Positions 48,539-57,787 of a stretch of DNA of 64,000 nucleotides are shown here, piece after piece. Source of the stretch: Lepidodermella squamata (taxonomy: Eukaryota > Animalia > Gastrotricha). Position 1 is the stretch's first letter. Each line of letters opens with the position of its first letter. The notes under the pieces are model-generated. The model did no database searches and was not told the origin of the DNA. It worked only from the letters and a program-made list of their open reading frames with translations. The DNA lies in assembly GCA_047495785.1 (NCBI GenBank), contig JBLDXI010000042.1:2170001-2234000 (forward strand). Reading direction: 5' to 3'. A program made the position numbers and the translations under genes.

Positions 48539-49828
48539 TTACGTAAAGTCGACCAAGACGTTCCTTGCAAAGTTTAGCTCAATGACTTGGTCAGTTTCAA
48601 AGTAGCAAAGCAATATAAGATTGTCCTCTAATGCCGATTTAAATAATAGGTCTATATTAAGGACCCCAGTTTTCACCAAACTATATGCACTTCGACTCGA
48701 ATCGGGTGAAAGGTCAAACCCGATGAACGAAAACCCATCTTTCGAATACTCGGATAGCGTGATACCATTGGTCTTGGCTGAATATGGGAACAGCGTCTCT
48801 CTTAGCGCGTTTAACGCTCGAGCCGATTTATTACTACCATCTCCGATATCAAGCGGACTGTTGGGTACATGCTCGCTGTCTATCATTACTGAGACGCGCT
48901 GCAACCCGGCGTTTTTGAAATCATATGGGCTGGTGCTAAAATCACCCTTAAAGTCCTTATCGCTCACAAAACACATCACTAATCGTCTTGGAATTTTCCC
49001 GATAAGAACATGTCCCAAATTATAATTTAGCGATCCCTTTTGCAAGTTCAATATCTTGATAAAAGATCTATTAACGCCGTATTTAGCAGTAGTTTTCGTT
49101 AGGGTTCGGTTTAACGCCAAAGTGAATTGCGGGGACACTCGGACACGACGTAATTTCAGCTTGGCATCGGTCACAGTCAACGTGAATTTCTCTTCATCTG
49201 TACTTGCCTTCATTAGCACAAATGCATCGGAAGCCCTAACAAACGTTAGCTTGAAAGGCGTTGCCGGTATCAGGAATTTCGGTTGGGAAAATAGTTCTAA
49301 ATGCGGCCGACCTATTAGCACCATTTCACCTTCCTTTGCCCACGCCAACCGCTTAACGTGACCTTTGCCTGCGACGTCGCTCACCTTGCTCGCTTCGTCG
49401 GCAAAGTAGCCTTGAAGTGCTAGGTAGCTATCCTTAACAGCATGGTCATAGCTTAGAAGTGTTGAAATGTAAGCTTTGTAGTTGTAAGTTGGAGCTGGTT
49501 CGCTTATTTGTGTGTTATTGATACTCATGTCTATCTGACTGAACATGCTATGTAATAGCAGGTTGACTGGTGCGCACGTGATCGCCGTTTTTGCCTTGGC
49601 CGGGTCCGTGTTTACGACTTTACAGGTAATTTCAACATACGATCGGCTCAGGTCTGTCCAGTCGTTGCTCGGTGGAACGTCAAAATCAATCCTTGACTGA
49701 TTAGCTATAGCTGAAACTGGTCCATATTCTGTAATGTAGTTACTCTCAATCTCTACTTGCGTAGGGTTCAGCGAAAAAACGTTGAGCTCAGCGCGAATAG
49801 CGTTTTCAGAAGATGGGTGTACGTACAT
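48539..49828 (-). CDS. Major capsid protein (double jelly-roll)
   Basis: HPSS..ELNVF..PTQ N-terminus, PVNLLLHSMFSQ, YNYKAYI, IPRRLV, FDLSPD; 429 aa. Confidence 0.92.
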   Translation of the reverse strand: MYVHPSSENAIRAELNVFSLNPTQVEIESNYITEYGPVSAIANQSRIDFDVPPSNDWTDLSRSYVEITCKVVNTDPAKAKTAITCAPVNLLLHSMFSQIDMSINNTQISEPAPTYNYKAYISTLLSYDHAVKDSYLALQGYFADEASKVSDVAGKGHVKRLAWAKEGEMVLIGRPHLELFSQPKFLIPATPFKLTFVRASDAFVLMKASTDEEKFTLTVTDAKLKLRRVRVSPQFTLALNRTLTKTTAKYGVNRSFIKILNLQKGSLNYNLGHVLIGKIPRRLVMCFVSDKDFKGDFSTSPYDFKNAGLQRVSVMIDSEHVPNSPLDIGDGSNKSARALNALRETLFPYSAKTNGITLSEYSKDGFSFIGFDLSPDSSRSAYSLVKTGVLNIDLLFKSALEDNLILLCYFETDQVIELNFARNVLVDFT

Positions 49829-49875
49829 GATTACTATTTACTATACATCTCATTCGACGCCTTTAAATACAGTTT

Positions 49876-50347
49876 TCAGAAGTAGACACGTTTCCCAGCC
49901 TTCTTTTTACCGACTGCTTTGCTTTTACGCTTAGCAATGACGCGGCGGCCCCGGCGGCGCCTGCGTCTTCCAGTCCCAATTTGCGATCCTACATTTGCAA
50001 TGACATCCTTGGCTACTCCCTTTAATCCTTCCACAGCTCTCCGCTTCAGTATCGTTTTCGGACTGGCGTCCTTATTTTCCAACAAATCGCTTGCGATATT
50101 AGCCGTCGTGTGACTCAGATTTCGGAATATTGGTCCCAGCAATGGAATAATATGATTACGAAAAAATCCGGCGGCTACACTTCCGAATCCGTTTCCTGTC
50201 TATAATAAACTATGCCTAATCAATCTAATATTTATCACTTGATGTTACCTGATAAGTAGGGAATACGAGTGATTGACCACGAAACGGTTCTATCCCGTAC
50301 CCACTTTGTTGCAACAAAAACGATTCATAAGCATCTGCTGAATGCAT
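49876..50347 (-). CDS. Core/membrane-active precursor with QxGxG sites and an Arg/Lys-rich tail
   Basis: QSGYG, Q|TGNG (intron 50200-50248), amphipathic FGSVAAGFFRNHIIPLL, QIGTGRRRRRR. Confidence 0.75.
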
Positions 50348-50353
50348 GCTTCT

Positions 50354-52043
50354 TTATTTAGCTATAGGTCTAATTTGCACAAGTATTACTGCTTTACCGC
50401 TAACAAATTTCACTGGCAAGCCAGAGTCTTTAAATATCTGAATCTCTATTACGGATAACACGCGGCGTTTAATCGGAACAAATATTGGCTTTTCAAACAT
50501 TATGGAGAAAAATCCGCCTCTTTCATTAGTTTTTTCTGTTGGTATCACTCGCAGAAGTGGGGTGCGCGTGTTTCCCACGTACACGTCATCAATTACATCA
50601 GCGTACAAAAACAAGAAGGGCATTCCATAGTCCAACTGAGGCGCGAATTTCGCTGTCATTTTCTCTTTGACATCATGATAAGTGTAGGTGTATTCTACTG
50701 TTGATATGACTTGCTGCTCTTTCGAGTCTGATTGCGGTTTAGCTGAAGCACTGATGCCGTTGTTGTTCGCAGGTACGTTCTCGTCAGGGACTTCGTCCGA
50801 GGCCGCGTTCTGAGCTTCGCTGCTGGAGCTCGTAGTGCTGGGCGCTGGTACGTTCTCATCAGGCTCGCTATTGTTCCCGGGGACGTCGTTCGAGGCTGCG
50901 TTCTGAGCTTCTGCGGGGTTGTTGGGTGTGACTTCGCCCTGAGCTTCGTTGTTGGAGATTGCGGGAGGATCGGTGTTGGAAGCAGGTACGTTCTCGTCAG
51001 GGACGTTGTCCGAGGCCGCGTTCTGAGCATCGCTGCTGGAGCTTGCGGGAGGCTCTTTCTTGGCTTCGACAGCGTTCTGAGCATCGCTGCTGGAGCTTGC
51101 GGGAGTCTCGCTGTTGTTCGCGGCTGCACTATTGCTCGGCTCTTCGGTTTCTTCCGCTACATCTTCATGCTGATCGATATCCACGTTGTCCTCGGCATTT
51201 TCCGCCTCGGATCCCCCCCATTCATCGTCTCCGAATTGAACCGGTTCATTGCGTTTCGCTATCTTACGAGGTGGTTGCTCTTCTGTTGGAGCCGATCGCC
51301 GGATCCTACTAGTCTTTGCTACCTCCTCCTGCATGAATAATTGACCAGTGACTTTAAGCTTGTTGTCATTTATTGATGACAATGCCATGCGATATGGTAT
51401 TTTCTGGCGGTTTCCTCGAATAACATATCCCAGCATGTGCATGAACGCTTCGGCTTTCTCCCTATGTTTCCGCTGGTTTTTCATGTTCTTTGCGCCGTAC
51501 TCGTTGAATGCTATGAAGGCTTCTGGGAATCCAAGGACTTGAGCTAATTCTTTCGGTATGAATATGCCCCAACGTCCTTGTTCCACCTTTACGGATACCC
51601 GATTTGCTATTTTCGTATAGTCAAATGATATAGCTTTGGTTATCGGCTTGATTTCTGTCACCATGTGCTCCAACAACTCCTCGATGCTAGAGTAGTAGAC
51701 GCCACCAACTTGGCACTCGTGCATTTGCAACGCGTCAAATGGATCCGCCAAGTTTACTTCAGTATTGTGCACCCAGTCACTGTCAAAGATATAATATTTT
51801 GTTGGTTCCAGTGATTCCCACGCTGCCGGTCCGTTAAATTCAACCAGCCCCATTTCCCATTGACCTACGTACGTACGCGTTCTCTTAACAGTTTGGTTTA
51901 TTTCTTTTTGAATACTTACCTACTGTACCTAGATCAATCTCATTAGCTAATTTCACGCGATACGAAGACGGCGTGTTATCAGGAAATAGATCATTCGATG
52001 CGTTCGACGGCAAATAGAGCAGAAATTCTTGCTGTGCGCTCAT
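50354..52043 (-). CDS. Minor capsid (penton) with a long acidic low-complexity insertion
   Basis: LYLPSNAS..FPDNT..GQWEMGLVE (intron 51865-51919); C-terminal YADVI..VGNTRTPLLRVI..PVKFVSG. Confidence 0.88.
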
Positions 52044-52306
52044 TTCGTATTATTAGCAATTGTCAAGGCTATGCAATTGATCAGTCGATCGTTCCAAGAT
52101 CGTGCGACTTCCACAGTGCAGTACGTGATAATTATTGCGAACAAGGATAATACGCCGATGCTCTTCTTCTTACTCTTAAGTGTCGCTGCTAATCTGCTAC
52201 TGACAGAGCTGCTATGTGGACTACTTGTCCTTTTAAATAAGCTTGAGTCTACTTGATCTTCCCCTGCAGATGGCATGCGACATGGCAGTGATGTTGTAGC
52301 ACGCAT
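52040..52306 (-). CDS. Small single-pass membrane protein
   Basis: KSKKK followed by SIGVLSLFAIIITYCTVEV. Packed between neighbouring genes, with an ATGA overlap. Confidence 0.6.
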   Translation of the reverse strand: MRATTSLPCRMPSAGEDQVDSSLFKRTSSPHSSSVSSRLAATLKSKKKSIGVLSLFAIIITYCTVEVARSWNDRLINCIALTIANNTK

Positions 52307-52384
52307 TTATCGGCGACGACGTCTGTGGTATCGTTTGCGTGCTGTGTGTCTTCGCTTTCGGATTGCTCGTCTAGGTCCTGGCAT
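52307..52384 (-). CDS. 25-aa protamine-like Arg-rich peptide
   Basis: MPGPRRAIRKRRHTARKRYHRRRRR; fills the gap between the integrase stop and the next ATG. Confidence 0.7.
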   Translation of the reverse strand: MPGPRRAIRKRRHTARKRYHRRRRR

Positions 52385-52385
52385 T

Positions 52386-53627
52386 TTATTTCCGCTTCCG
52401 CTTCGATTTTTGCGCCTTTAAATATTCATTTTCTACGGCTTTGATTTCTCCGATCGGTTCCCACGAGCTCTGCGATTTAGGAAACCCTACCCAACTGACC
52501 AGCACTCTAGTTGTTCCGTCCTTGAACTTTCTCTTTTCCTTACCAACTTCGGCTATCAGGTACTCTTCAGGAAGCTTGACCTTTTGAAGCTCGTAACTAT
52601 AAAAAACTCCGGCCAGCGGCTCTGTGTAGTCTCCCTTCTCCTTATTCCACTCATTGAGCTTATAAGTGTAGGGACCGAATTTGTCTGGCTTAATTATCCT
52701 CGAAATTTTAAAGTATTCGTCCGTGTATACAAAGTGGCGGGCTCGATCGAATACCCCCCTTTCAGCTGATATCCGAACTACATCTCCGACCTGGAATTTC
52801 GCCTTTGAATTTCTCTCTTTTTTATGTTCATCAACAGGACCGTATATATTTTCATAAGCTTGAAATTGCTTCAGGCTGTCCTCGTATATGTCCAGATTGA
52901 GGTCTTTGTCGCTTTCAATTTTCCTACCGGTTTCTTTGTCATTATACAGCTCCGCCGGTGTAAATTTCGTTGAAGAGTGAATGCTCTGATTATAGACTCG
53001 GACAATATCCTGCAAGTCATCTACGTATCTTCTATCATTCCGTGCTATCGCTAGTTTCGCAAGTCTCATGCGAAGCAATTTGTTGAACGACTCAATCTGA
53101 GGAACCTTCTTCTCTGAATTAGTTGCAAAATAATGTATTGATTCTGATTTCAGATATTGCTCTACATGCTTGTTGAAAAATTCTGATCCTCTGTCAAATA
53201 CGACAGCTGACGGTTTTTGCTTGGCATCTCTCAAGACTAATTTCAGTGCTCTTAACGTTTCTAGACCAGTCTTATTGAGCATCGGCTGCACCCAGGCGAA
53301 TCGGCTATATGTATCCTTTGCTGTCAACAAGTATTGAACGTTATCGTTCTCGCCTTTGACGTTTTTCACATCCAGCAAGTCCATGGCGAACATACTTCTT
53401 CTACTGAAACAAGCTACCTTACGCATTAGCCGATTCCGCGTTCCAACTTGCTTGTACACGCTCCATGCTCGCTGGTTCCCGAGCCACTCTCGCACTTCCT
53501 TGAAAGAAATCCTACGATTTGGATACTTGGCCTTATACGAGTTGTACAGCGATGATATACTGCCGAGACTCCCCTTCTCCGCTGGTGTAAAATATATTTT
53601 CCTGAGACCTTCATCCGTAGCCGACAT
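52386..53627 (-). CDS. Retroviral-like (rve) integrase with C-terminal chromodomain
   Basis: DDE in FAMDL / VFDRGSEF / IESFN; VSWVGFPKSQSSWEP. Confidence 0.95.
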   Translation of the reverse strand: MSATDEGLRKIYFTPAEKGSLGSISSLYNSYKAKYPNRRISFKEVREWLGNQRAWSVYKQVGTRNRLMRKVACFSRRSMFAMDLLDVKNVKGENDNVQYLLTAKDTYSRFAWVQPMLNKTGLETLRALKLVLRDAKQKPSAVVFDRGSEFFNKHVEQYLKSESIHYFATNSEKKVPQIESFNKLLRMRLAKLAIARNDRRYVDDLQDIVRVYNQSIHSSTKFTPAELYNDKETGRKIESDKDLNLDIYEDSLKQFQAYENIYGPVDEHKKERNSKAKFQVGDVVRISAERGVFDRARHFVYTDEYFKISRIIKPDKFGPYTYKLNEWNKEKGDYTEPLAGVFYSYELQKVKLPEEYLIAEVGKEKRKFKDGTTRVLVSWVGFPKSQSSWEPIGEIKAVENEYLKAQKSKRKRK

Positions 53628-53671
53628 TCTCGATCTATATTATTACATTTCCAAGCGTTTTAAATATAGGA

Positions 53672-54600
53672 ATGGAAAATTATTCATACATCCGATTAGT
53701 TGGATCTGGATCATTTGGAAGTGTAAGCTTACAGCGACACGTTAAACTTAACCGAATCTTTGCTGTGAAAATGATAAATACCACGCATCCTGTATTTCTT
53801 GAATCTGCACATCGCGAAGTCCAGTCTCTCCAATTGCTCAAAAATGCTCCGAACGTCGTTAAGTAATGATTACATAACAATCCGTTGCATTTAATGCTCA
53901 TTTTTCGCACAGATTACACGAGGTACTATATACGTCAAGACGGGCTTTTCTCGTCTTGGAATGCCATCTTATGGATTTGAGAAAGCTGATAGAACTCCTG
54001 TCTCGACCTTGGCCGCTCACACTACTCGAACGATGGTTCAGTCAGCTATTGTCCGCTCTGGATTACATCCATGAGAAAGGCATCATTCATCGCGATGTCT
54101 GCCCACAGGTTTGCTTTTCCCACGGATGCGTGTACCCAACTACCTTTCTTCTACAGAATGTTCTACTTCAATCCAGCTGGGTCGATGTTTCCCTCGGAGA
54201 TTTCGGCATCTCTCGATTAGTACCTGACCATGATACCTGCCCCAACATGACAGGGACTGTTACCGTTTTTCGCTATCGGGCGATTGAAATCATGTTCCCA
54301 AAACCTTACTACACTAACAAGATTGATATTTGGTCACTAGCTGCTACTATCATTGAGCTCGTCACTCTCACTCCTTTTTTTAACGCTCGAACCCCTGTAA
54401 CCATGTTAGCTGATATGAAATCTAAAACTTCTAGTCGCGATGTTTTCTTTAGGTCGTTAGAGACATTTGTGCATTGCGATTTTTCTGAATATCGTCATCT
54501 GCTAACTACGCTGTACTCGATGTTTGATAACGACCCGATCTACCGTCCAACTGCTAGCACCTGTTTATATCGCACTTCTCTTCGAACCTGGTATTATTGA
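53672..54600 (+). CDS. CDK-like (CMGC) Ser/Thr kinase
   Basis: MENY..GSGSFG, AVK, SAHREV, HRDVCPQN, DFG, YRAIE, DIWS; introns 53863-53912 and 54109-54156. Confidence 0.9.
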
Positions 54601-55236
54601 ATGCAAACTTTCGACATCAATGTTTCAGTTTCAAACGTTGTCGCTACTTTCCACGCTGGATGCACTATTGATTTAAAGCATCTGGCTAATCACGGAGTTA
54701 ACACATATCATGATAGCAGAAAAATCCCTGTTTCAACTAAGATTCGATTTCCCTCTGGTGCCACTGCAATGGTTTACAGCAGCGGTAATGTTATTGTCAT
54801 CGGCGGCAGGGGATCGCGAAATGTTCCAGAGTTCGAGTCTCAGGCGTTCCTAATCATGCTAAAGCTAAAAAAGTGGATGTCATCGTCTGAAATATCTTTC
54901 AATAATTTCAAGATACAAAATATTGTCATCACCGGACAGTTACCCTTCCGGTTTTCAAACATTTCATCGCTTTACTCTAGTCTCTCATCACTGCCAGGAC
55001 TACGAGTAGTTTACATACCAGAATCATTCTGCGCTATGCGAATCACTTTGAACAATAAGAAGATAAGCTTCTTCCCGAGTTCTCACAAGTTTAACATTCT
55101 CGGCGTTGATAGCATAGATCAAGGATTATCTATTATTCAGTCCTTTGCTCAGCTGTGTATCAACATCTACGAGAAGGATCTATCAGACCTTACCCTGACC
55201 AAAGAAGATCTGGATTTTCTATTTGGCAATATTTGA
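54601..55236 (+). CDS. Divergent TATA-binding protein (TBP/TRF2 family)
   Basis: Two TBP repeats: NVVATF..C.IDL..TAMVYSSGNVIVIG and FKIQNIV..YIPESF..ISFF. Confidence 0.9.
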   Translation: MQTFDINVSVSNVVATFHAGCTIDLKHLANHGVNTYHDSRKIPVSTKIRFPSGATAMVYSSGNVIVIGGRGSRNVPEFESQAFLIMLKLKKWMSSSEISFNNFKIQNIVITGQLPFRFSNISSLYSSLSSLPGLRVVYIPESFCAMRITLNNKKISFFPSSHKFNILGVDSIDQGLSIIQSFAQLCINIYEKDLSDLTLTKEDLDFLFGNI

Positions 55237-55290
55237 GTTGGTACAAATAAAAAATCGACCCTCCGCTGATCACCCGTGTTTTATTTTTCT

Positions 55291-55395
55291 AATGTTCCGA
55301 TTTTCAACCTAAATTTTCAAAAAGTACCGATTTTTCATTCACTTTTCATTCCCAACTAATTTACGCATTTTTTACTCGAACTAACTAATACTACT
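55291..55395 (-). repeat. Polinton right TIR
   Basis: Reverse complement of 32438-32543; ends in ACTACT. Confidence 0.95.
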
Positions 55396-56798
55396 CCCGC
55401 ATTCATTCTTTCCATTTCAAGCAGCGACAAAAATCCACGTATCACATGGGCAATTTTGGACAGTTTGATCACAAGTGTTTGAACATGCACCGGCTAATTT
55501 AAGGTGGTAGCGATATAATAAATACTTACGTCTTAAGCTGTTCAGCGAATTTCAACGCCTACGGTGTATATTTTACGTTTTACGCCCATGCTTTTATTTT
55601 GACAGAACTTGAACAAAGTTACAATTTTCCAGACACACAGACAATTTCAAGACAGACAAACTATTTATCGACTCGTCGTATAAGACTAAAACAGTCGTGA
55701 GGATCCATACTGTCGGTGGTGACTCATGGCGGCTTAGAATAATGAGGTTGTTATTCTTGAACCAAGCCTATTGACCTATTTCCCGAGTTCCTGCGAGTAA
55801 ACTTTGGCAGCTAATCGTCAAACAGGCAATGGTGATTATGATCTCCGAATTCTTACTTCTGCTCATCTACTTTTACCAGCCCCGGCTCAACGTCAATGCT
55901 TTGAGCTGGGTTTGCCAGCTTTAACGGCAACGGTGGTCGAGCAATATGAAATACAAGCTGAGCAGCCAAAGACAATTTCGGATTTTCGATTTTTTTTCTT
56001 TCGAAGAAAGTTTTTTCCTGTGTCAATTTCATCGATGACGATTATTGGATCCCCTAGGTGTTCTTACTTTTCTAGAGGATTTTTGAATTTTCAAAATTCA
56101 GACTTCCAGGAGGTTTCCATCCACCTCAAAAGATAGGAGACCCTGAAGTTAGGTTGACGTGGTAGCACTAGCTTGATTCCATAGAAAAAATTTAAAATCT
56201 GACAAGATTCCTCACCTCAGATTACCTAAAAGAAAATCTGACTGCGCATATAAGAAGATAACATCGGAAATTAGTGGGCGAAGAACTGTCAATTGATTGC
56301 ATTAAACCGAATTTTTTCGGCGCGCATTTTTCGAAATTAGCAATTTTTAGCCGTAAACTTTGAAGTCCATTTTCTCAGCAACCCTGATGACTATCAACTT
56401 CCTTTAGATATCTTTCGACTCCTCATTCATTGATCTTGAAAGCTGCATCAAAATCTCGCAATGTCAAAAGTTTCGCCAAACCCAATTTTTCACTTAACGG
56501 TCATACTGATAGAAAAATTCTTCTTCAATTATTTTGCAGGAAAAATCAAACGATTCAAATCGAAAAATACCTGCAGAAGTGACAAATTTATTGACTCTTC
56601 GTTCACGTAAGAAGATTCTACTTTTACTTGTCAACTTCAGACTGAAACTCGCTGAAACTTGACAACCCTTAGCTTGCTTTTTTACTTTTCAAGTAATTCA
56701 ACTGCGAAACTGCGATATGAATTTTATTCAGCGAAAAATGAGCAATTCACACATCTCATCTTAAAATTAGAAATAAAGTACATATCTGCAAACATTTC

Positions 56799-57086
56799 TC
56801 AATAGAAACCATCTCTTGCTGCTTTCGAGTCGGCCATTTTCTCGATTTTAGGTCCGACGAGTCGGCGAACAGCCGCTCGCGTCCGGCCATTATCGCGAAC
56901 AAATTCGTCCAGCAATTTTCGTGCCTCCGTTTTCGGCTTAGGTTTGTTCATCAGGATAGCAGTATTATATGGCGATGTTTGCTTCAGAATCAAATCGTTG
57001 ATGTCGAATAGGACTTGATAGCTGCTAGCTACTCCGACTTCGAGTAAAATCAAGGCGAGGATGAAGGAAATAGACTTAGAAATCAT
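56799..57086 (-). CDS. Small putative secreted protein
   Basis: Signal-peptide-like MISKSISFILALILLEVGVASS; no recognised domain. Confidence 0.4.
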   Translation of the reverse strand: MISKSISFILALILLEVGVASSYQVLFDINDLILKQTSPYNTAILMNKPKPKTEARKLLDEFVRDNGRTRAAVRRLVGPKIEKMADSKAARDGFY

Positions 57087-57595
57087 TCTTGCTGAAACTG
57101 TCTTTAAAAAAATAATTCGGATAGGTTCTACAGAATTTAAAATTTTGTGTAAGTGTAAGTACTGCTTCTATCGATGATGATATTATAAAAGACACAAATT
57201 ATTAGGCGTCTTGACACTTGTGGCACGTTTAACAATTATTCATGCGTGCCTTGCTCTTTGAAATTAATGAAGCGCGGATGTGATCGTCCTCGTTTCCTGC
57301 ACGTCAAATTTCTGCACACATTAGTCATATGGTGATAGCTTGCAATAGACATAATAATATGTTGATACCTGATACCTACATCTTTTACTGAAAATACAAA
57401 TTGCGCATCAGCAAGGGCTTGACGATGGTTTATGACGGAAACAAAATCGCCGTCGGATCCTTTTGAGAAAATCAATGTTGAAGATGAGTGGAAATTATCA
57501 AACTGACAATTGTCCCATTTCATGAATTTTTTCGAGGTTATAGTTATGAACTCGAGAAATTGATCATATAAGCCGCAGAAATTTGACATTCCCTA

Positions 57596-57787
57596 CAGGG
57601 TGGCCAAAACGAGCCGCAGGGAGCGAAGTTCATTGACTGAAGTGCGCATCAAATTAATGAGGAGCTTCCAGAAATTGAAGAATTTCAAGCATTCTTTTGC
57701 CCATGAAACTACTCAATTTCTCGAAACTCTTAATTAAATTGATGCGCACTCCAGCCAATGAACTTGCGGCTCTTTTTGGCCACCCTG
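57596..57787. mobile_element. Tc1/mariner-type MITE
   Basis: TIR CAGGGTGGCCAAAA flanked by TA on both sides; the inverted similarity extends inward. Confidence 0.85.

Larger units (their letters stand above)
32438..55395. mobile_element. Polinton/Maverick (adintovirus-like endogenous virus), apparently full length
   Basis: ~105-bp TIRs with AGTAGT...ACTACT ends. pPolB, packaging ATPase, cysteine protease, major and minor capsid and rve integrase all have open reading frames. Confidence 0.97.

Noticed and set aside
56380-56400. CTGATGA as a possible hammerhead core or C box (also at about 34900 on the minus strand)
   Set aside because: I could not find the GAAA core and three stems, or a D box with terminal stem.
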